20,000 nucleotides of DNA, from IMG/VR virus record IMGVR_UViG_3300037088_000381; one strand, given 5' to 3'. The notes under the pieces are model-generated. The model did no database searches and had not been told where the DNA came from. It saw nothing but the letters and a program-made list of their open reading frames with translations. Each line of letters starts with the position of its first letter. The first letter of the stretch is position 1. Made by a program: the position numbers and the translations under genes. This DNA is from an uncultured virus (IMG/VR IMGVR_UViG_3300037088_000381). Taxonomy: Duplodnaviria; Heunggongvirae; Uroviricota; Caudoviricetes. Below are positions 15,172-20,000 of this stretch, piece by piece.

Positions 15172-15912
15172 ATGCTTTTTGTGCCCTCAGATAATTATAA
15201 ACTTTCGAATGGGGATTATAAAGAAGTGCTTGATGGCTCTTTTGATTTAATCTTCACATCACCTCCTTATAATATTGGAAGTAAAGCCCCTGCAAAGACT
15301 GGGCGTCGAAAATATGGAGGCTATGATGCCAAATCCTTCAGATCTATAACAGATTACGAAGATGACATGCCCGAGGATGAGTACCAGGACTCCCAATGGA
15401 AATTTATGCTGTGGTGTGAACAACATTTAAGTCCTAATGGCATCCTTGTGTATAACCATAAAGACCGACATAAAAATGGTAGACTAATCTCCCCAATGAG
15501 TTGGTTCCCCGACTGCTTGGCCTTAAAAGAAAAAATCATATGGGACCGACGATCAACACACAACCATTGCAAACAATACCTCTATCAAATAACAGAAGAC
15601 ATCTATGTCTTTACCAAACCTGGAGCTCCTTACTGCATTCAAAACCACGACTATGATGGCGGAGCAAACATATGGCGTATTCCCAGGGTGTATAAGAGTG
15701 ATCACAATGCTCCATTCCCGATTGACCTTGCTAATCGAGTGATAAAATCATGGTCTAAAGAAGGAGACCTCGTCTGCGACCCTTATTCAGGATCCGGAAC
15801 TGTAATGAAAGCCTGTTACAACCTTAATCGTAGATTCATCGGATCTGAAAAGTCACCTAAATATTTCAAAAAAATAACCGAGGAATTTTCTAATTTACTC
15901 AAAGCTGCTTAA
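15172..15912 (+). CDS. Beta-class amino-DNA methyltransferase (N4-C or N6-A)
   Basis: DLIFTSPPYN (motif IV) precedes HNAPFP...VCDPYSGSGT...RRFIGSE (motifs X-I-II). TATAAT at 15138-15143 upstream. Confidence 0.92.
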   Translation: MLFVPSDNYKLSNGDYKEVLDGSFDLIFTSPPYNIGSKAPAKTGRRKYGGYDAKSFRSITDYEDDMPEDEYQDSQWKFMLWCEQHLSPNGILVYNHKDRHKNGRLISPMSWFPDCLALKEKIIWDRRSTHNHCKQYLYQITEDIYVFTKPGAPYCIQNHDYDGGANIWRIPRVYKSDHNAPFPIDLANRVIKSWSKEGDLVCDPYSGSGTVMKACYNLNRRFIGSEKSPKYFKKITEEFSNLLKAA

Positions 15913-15915
15913 CTT

Positions 15916-15985
15916 TCTCCTTTAGAGATACTTATGATCCAAGTATCATATATACCAATATCGGATCATCATTTTCTAAAGGAGA
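15916..15985 (+). promoter_or_regulatory. Long hairpin predicted to sequester the endonuclease Shine-Dalgarno sequence
   Basis: TCTCCTTTAGA (15916-15926) is the exact reverse complement of TCTAAAGGAGA (15975-15985). Inner stem ATGATCC/GGATCAT. Confidence 0.65.
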
Positions 15986-15989
15986 TCAA

Positions 15990-17021
15990 ATGGATAAAGT
16001 AAAAACGGGGAATAAAGGAGAATGGGGAGAAATCTACGGCTTCACATATTTACTTGTTAAATTAGAAGTCCCGTACGAAGCTAAACTTTTCACCATACCT
16101 CAAATAATGAAGTGGGATGAGGAACAATATAAAACATATAGATGCGAAGGTGATTTCATAATAACGATGTCTAATCAATCCATACCTATTTCTTTATTAC
16201 ACCCTTTAGTAATTGACGGCTTTAAAGAAATAAAAAATGGAAAAGGACGGAGTTTTAATTGCCCTTCATTAGATAGAGCCATGGATCTTTTAGGGTTAAA
16301 AAAAATAAGGGCATCAAAAGATAAAATTGATTTCATTATAAACATAGATAACCAGCAATGTGCATGTACTGTAAAGTCAATGATTGGAGGATCTCCTTCT
16401 TTAATCAATGCTACGAATCAGACAAACATTTATTACAGAATTAAAAATGTAGACAGTGTTATTGAAGAAGAATTAAAAAATAATCCTGAAAAAAGGAAAC
16501 CTAAAGATTTAGTAAGGAAAATTTACAGTAATGGCGGGTTTTTAGAATTTATTAAATATGAAAGTGAAAATTACCCTAAATGCATGGGGTCAGATATGGC
16601 TCAATTTTTAAGCTCCTATATGATACCGCAATATTATCAATCTATTGGGGGTTCTATCTCAGAGATAGTTGAGGTATTATTTAAAAATAAAAAACAAGTA
16701 GGAGGTTTTAGCATACACCAAACAAAGAATAACATTAAAAGCTATTTAGAAAAATCTGCAACATATCTTAACCCTAGCCAAGACCGTGAAAAAAACTCTA
16801 CAGGAGCTGCTCAAGGAGGGCTTGTAACGATAAGAGAAAACGGAACAGTCGATTTAAAAATATTTCACCCATATAGTAATTTTGGAGACCATCTTTATAA
16901 CACTTGTTTTTTTGATACAGGATCAACAAAAAGGCATGATTTTGCCTACCCGTATAAAAACAAAGTAACAGGGAACTATGAAATTAAACTTAATATTAAC
17001 ATAAAGATGAGTACCAAATGA
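15990..17021 (+). CDS. HpaII-family type II restriction endonuclease
   Basis: TGNKGEWGEIY N-terminus, KID...TVKSMIGGSPSLINA PD-(D/E)xK-like core, FFDTGSTKRHDF and KLNINIK C-terminus, as recalled for the RE_HpaII family. Confidence 0.8.
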   Translation: MDKVKTGNKGEWGEIYGFTYLLVKLEVPYEAKLFTIPQIMKWDEEQYKTYRCEGDFIITMSNQSIPISLLHPLVIDGFKEIKNGKGRSFNCPSLDRAMDLLGLKKIRASKDKIDFIINIDNQQCACTVKSMIGGSPSLINATNQTNIYYRIKNVDSVIEEELKNNPEKRKPKDLVRKIYSNGGFLEFIKYESENYPKCMGSDMAQFLSSYMIPQYYQSIGGSISEIVEVLFKNKKQVGGFSIHQTKNNIKSYLEKSATYLNPSQDREKNSTGAAQGGLVTIRENGTVDLKIFHPYSNFGDHLYNTCFFDTGSTKRHDFAYPYKNKVTGNYEIKLNINIKMSTK

Positions 17022-17659
17022 CCTTTTTATATACAGCATATATCGATAACAATGATGAATTGATAAAAGCCGTAGCTGACTTTTATCTCAAAGATGGTGA
17101 TACCGTAGCCGATACGACATTCGGTAAAGGGGTTTTTTGGAAAAAAATTGACACTACAAAATATAAATTTTTCCCTTCAGATCTTAAGACCTGTCCCCAG
17201 GCCCCATACGATTTTCGCAAACTACCTTACGAAACAGGGACCTTCGATGCTGTTATCTTTGATCCTCCTTACTGCCATAACCCAGGTAATATGATAGTTA
17301 ATGATAACTACCAGAACAAAGAAACTACTAAGGGCATGTACCACGACGACATTATAAAGCTTTATCTTGAAGGCATGATGGAAGCAAAGAGAATTCTAAA
17401 AGATGAAGGACAGCTTTGGGTAAAATGCAAGGATGAAATAGAATCAGGATTTCAACGTTGGAGCCACACAGAATTAAAAGATATAGCGGAAAAATTAGGC
17501 TTTTACACAAAAGATTTCTTCATTCTTGTTCAAAAAATGAATCCAATAGTTCAAATAAAGGTTCAGCAACATGCACGTAAGAATCATAGTTATCTATGGG
17601 TATTTAAGAAACCCAATAAAAAGGAAGAGAAATTCCTGCTCTCCCGCATCCTTAAGTAA
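17018..17659 (+). CDS. Compact amino-DNA methyltransferase (phage-type; motif I before DPPY)
   Basis: VADTTFGKGVFW (SAM-binding), FDAVIFDPPY (catalytic), HARKNHSYLWVF. ATGA overlap with the endonuclease stop. Confidence 0.85.
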   Translation: MTFLYTAYIDNNDELIKAVADFYLKDGDTVADTTFGKGVFWKKIDTTKYKFFPSDLKTCPQAPYDFRKLPYETGTFDAVIFDPPYCHNPGNMIVNDNYQNKETTKGMYHDDIIKLYLEGMMEAKRILKDEGQLWVKCKDEIESGFQRWSHTELKDIAEKLGFYTKDFFILVQKMNPIVQIKVQQHARKNHSYLWVFKKPNKKEEKFLLSRILK

Positions 17660-17671
17660 TCGGAGAAAAAA

Positions 17672-17893
17672 ATGACAAAAGAGAAAGAGCATTTAAAATC
17701 TCTCACTTTAGCTGTGTCGGGATTCTTAAAAATTTTTGATACTACTATGTTAGAAAAAGAAGGATTGGAAAGAGGCCGGAAATTAGCTAAACTGGCAAAT
17801 CTTCTGGATTTACATAACGATACTGCCATGAAATATGGCCTCGGTTATTCTTTAAAAAAGATAGCTAAAATTAAGGCTGAACCAAATGTCTGA
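17672..17893 (+). CDS. Hypothetical protein
   Basis: 73 aa ORF with GGAG RBS. Confidence 0.65.
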   Translation: MTKEKEHLKSLTLAVSGFLKIFDTTMLEKEGLERGRKLAKLANLLDLHNDTAMKYGLGYSLKKIAKIKAEPNV

Positions 17894-18251
17894 TACTGAT
17901 ATAATTCAATTTGAATTCGTCCCAAAACTACGGCCGGGCCAATTCGAACTATATAAATTGCTCTGCAGAGCTGTTGCTGGAGAAATATCAACAGTGACTA
18001 GAGCCGATGCCATGGAAATTTATAAAACCAAAGTTGCAAAAGGTACGGCTGAAGTTCCTCGTCGTAATGATGATGGTCACACTGTATGGGTCCGAGTCGA
18101 TTGGGAAAGCTGGGAATGGGAACGCAATTTTGAAGGATGGTTTTTACGCTCTCTCGGGCTATTGATTAAAAAAGGATATGTAACGGTGGTCCCAGTCATT
18201 GACTTAAGAAAAGTTAAAGTCACCCCAAAATTGGAGGATAAATGCGAATAA
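17886..18251 (+). CDS. Hypothetical protein (possibly winged-helix-like)
   Basis: 121 aa ORF overlapping both neighbours. FLRSLGLLIKKGYVTVV resembles a wHTH recognition helix and wing. Confidence 0.65.
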   Translation: MSDTDIIQFEFVPKLRPGQFELYKLLCRAVAGEISTVTRADAMEIYKTKVAKGTAEVPRRNDDGHTVWVRVDWESWEWERNFEGWFLRSLGLLIKKGYVTVVPVIDLRKVKVTPKLEDKCE

Positions 18252-19054
18252 AATTCTTTGGAACTGGTTCAGCTTTCACGCTGAAAAATTACCAATCAAA
18301 CATAGGTATCGAACACAACGGTAAATGGCTTCTTCTCGATGCAGGTGGAGACATTAGATTTTCCTTACAAGAAGCAGGATTAAACTATAAAAATATCGAC
18401 TCTGTTTATATCTCCCACCTTCATGCTGATCACTCTGGAGGAATAGAGTACCTGGCTTTTTGCAAGTATTTTGATCCTTCCCAAACAACGAAAATCAAAC
18501 TCTTCGGCAACGGGGAATTACTAAGACGAGGATGGGAAGATAGTTGGAAAGGTGGTCTCGAATCTATACAAGGCAAACTACTTGAACTCGATGACTTTTT
18601 TGACATGTATCCAGTTAAACCTAACAGTTCATTCACCTGGGGAGATTCTCAATACAATCTCGTTCAATCAATACACATAATGAATGGGTACTCAATCGTG
18701 CCTTGTTATGGCCTAATGATTAAACCAAAGACACTTTCAACCAAGACCATTTTCTGGACCTCGGATTGCCAATTCTGCCCGAATCAAATCATGGATTTCT
18801 ACAAACAAGCCACTTTTATTATCCAGGATTGTGAAACAACTCCTTTTAAATCCGGAGTTCATGCTAATTTCTTGGAATTAGAGACTCTTCCCGATTCCAT
18901 TAAAGAAAAAATGATTCTGCTTCATTACCAAGATAATGTTCTTGATAATTCGGGACATATTACTGAAGATTGGGCAGATAAGGTTTCCGATGCTGGTTTC
19001 TATGGCTTTGCCACCAAAGGTCAAGAAATCGATCTTGAAGAACTAATAAAATGA
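18242..19054 (+). CDS. Metallo-beta-lactamase-fold hydrolase (RNase Z/phosphodiesterase-like)
   Basis: FFGTGSAF, LLLDAG, SHLHADHSGG (HxHxDH), SIH, WTSD, GVHA, LLHYQD. Confidence 0.88.
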   Translation: MRIKFFGTGSAFTLKNYQSNIGIEHNGKWLLLDAGGDIRFSLQEAGLNYKNIDSVYISHLHADHSGGIEYLAFCKYFDPSQTTKIKLFGNGELLRRGWEDSWKGGLESIQGKLLELDDFFDMYPVKPNSSFTWGDSQYNLVQSIHIMNGYSIVPCYGLMIKPKTLSTKTIFWTSDCQFCPNQIMDFYKQATFIIQDCETTPFKSGVHANFLELETLPDSIKEKMILLHYQDNVLDNSGHITEDWADKVSDAGFYGFATKGQEIDLEELIK

Positions 19055-19698
19055 TTCAGGACCCTTTTATAAGCCACCTTATATCAAAACACTCTCAACC
19101 AGCTTTTATAGATTCGGTTGGGAGTGGTTGTATCTTTGGTGGAATTATAGCCTGTGCAGTCATGTTTATAAAACCTTATTTCCATCCAGAAGTCGACGAC
19201 TCAAAAAAATTAAAGCATAAAGACATCTACCGTATTGCTCCAGAATTAAAGACGAATGTAATCTACAGCTTCGGCCTTGCAACTGCAGAAGAGATAAACA
19301 GTTTCAAAAGTACATTCACCGCAGATAAGCTCGCCATGCTAAGGGCCGTAAAAGGTCTTCCTGAGAGCCCTGATGCCCTCTTCTTGGACGGAGATAAGAA
19401 ATATGCTCTGCACATATGCTCTACGGAATACACCATTGTAAAAGCAGATGAAAAGGTATTCGGCGTTGCCTGTGCCTCAGTAATAGCTAAGGACCATAGG
19501 GATCATTTAATGATAAACCATTATAGCAAAGATTACCCACAATACAGCCTTCATAAAAATAAGGGTTATAAGTCTCCAACTCATTTCAAGGCCATCCGAG
19601 AATGGGGTATCACACCATATCATAGAGTTTACATGCCACAATTACAAAGGATTATCAATGAAAAAGATCAAACCTTCATTCACAGCAATGTATTATGA
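19051..19698 (+). CDS. rnhB: Ribonuclease HII homologue with an atypical first catalytic motif
   Basis: VDDSKKL, LFLDG, IVKAD, ACASVIAK..RD, KNKGY, GITPYHR. First motif reads IDSVGSG instead of VDEAGRG. Confidence 0.85.
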   Translation: MIQDPFISHLISKHSQPAFIDSVGSGCIFGGIIACAVMFIKPYFHPEVDDSKKLKHKDIYRIAPELKTNVIYSFGLATAEEINSFKSTFTADKLAMLRAVKGLPESPDALFLDGDKKYALHICSTEYTIVKADEKVFGVACASVIAKDHRDHLMINHYSKDYPQYSLHKNKGYKSPTHFKAIREWGITPYHRVYMPQLQRIINEKDQTFIHSNVL

Positions 19699-19960
19699 TT
19701 ATGATTTATTGAGTAAAGAAGCTAAAAAACTTCTATCCGAGGGGTTTTGCATAAACGATAATGACACTAAAGTATGGTTTGGAATAGAATCCGTTATAGA
19801 GTACTATCTTGAATTAGGAACCGATAAACTTAAAGGTATTCCTAAGCAGTGGTGGAAAAAATTAAACTTAAATACAGAATTACAAGAGCAAATTGAAAAG
19901 CACTTTAAAGAAAACTCCGATAATATAGTTATTTTTTGCTATCCTGGTGATGAATTATAA
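19688..19960 (+). CDS. Hypothetical protein
   Basis: ORF overlapping the rnhB-like stop. Start at 19658 or 19688. Confidence 0.6.
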   Translation: MYYDYDLLSKEAKKLLSEGFCINDNDTKVWFGIESVIEYYLELGTDKLKGIPKQWWKKLNLNTELQEQIEKHFKENSDNIVIFCYPGDEL

Positions 19961-20000
19961 AAGAAAGAAACCACTATGTTTCAGTTAATTTTTGAAAATG

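Noticed and set aside
1..20000. CCGG avoidance as support for HpaII specificity
   Set aside because: CCGG occurs repeatedly (e.g. 2151, 9051, 15794, 17776, 18852). Depletion cannot be claimed without a proper count.
1..20000. CRISPR array, rRNA, or stop-codon reassignment
   Set aside because: No regularly spaced repeats or rRNA-like sequence. Genes tile densely under the standard code and recognised domains are not interrupted by stops.

Overview
A gene-dense, AT-rich 20 kb segment, almost entirely on the + strand, with many short overlapping ORFs (ATGA/TAATG junctions) and no ribosomal or housekeeping operons. It is most consistent with the accessory/early region of a large phage or other large mobile element (inference; no structural genes are in the window). 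Recognisable parts are: a pseudo-receiver protein; an FtsK/SpoIIIE translocase lacking the membrane anchor and gamma domain, followed by a triple-HTH protein; a promoter-led cluster DUF1257 - DUF2997 - small proteins - stand-alone sigma4 - sigma-70-like protein - Ycf46-type AAA+ ATPase - DUF3150; a solo DUF262 protein; a run of zinc-finger proteins (IS1595-type Zn ribbon without DDE domain, PARP-type finger, gp32-like SSB core); an HpaII-family endonuclease flanked by two amino-methyltransferases; an MBL-fold hydrolase; and an RNase HII with an altered active site. The best leads are the DUF1257/DUF2997/AAA/DUF3150 module with its embedded sigma factor and sigma4 paralogue, and the non-canonical HpaII-type R-M locus, whose Shine-Dalgarno sequence sits in a predicted hairpin. 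All family calls come from motif recognition by eye, not from database searches.
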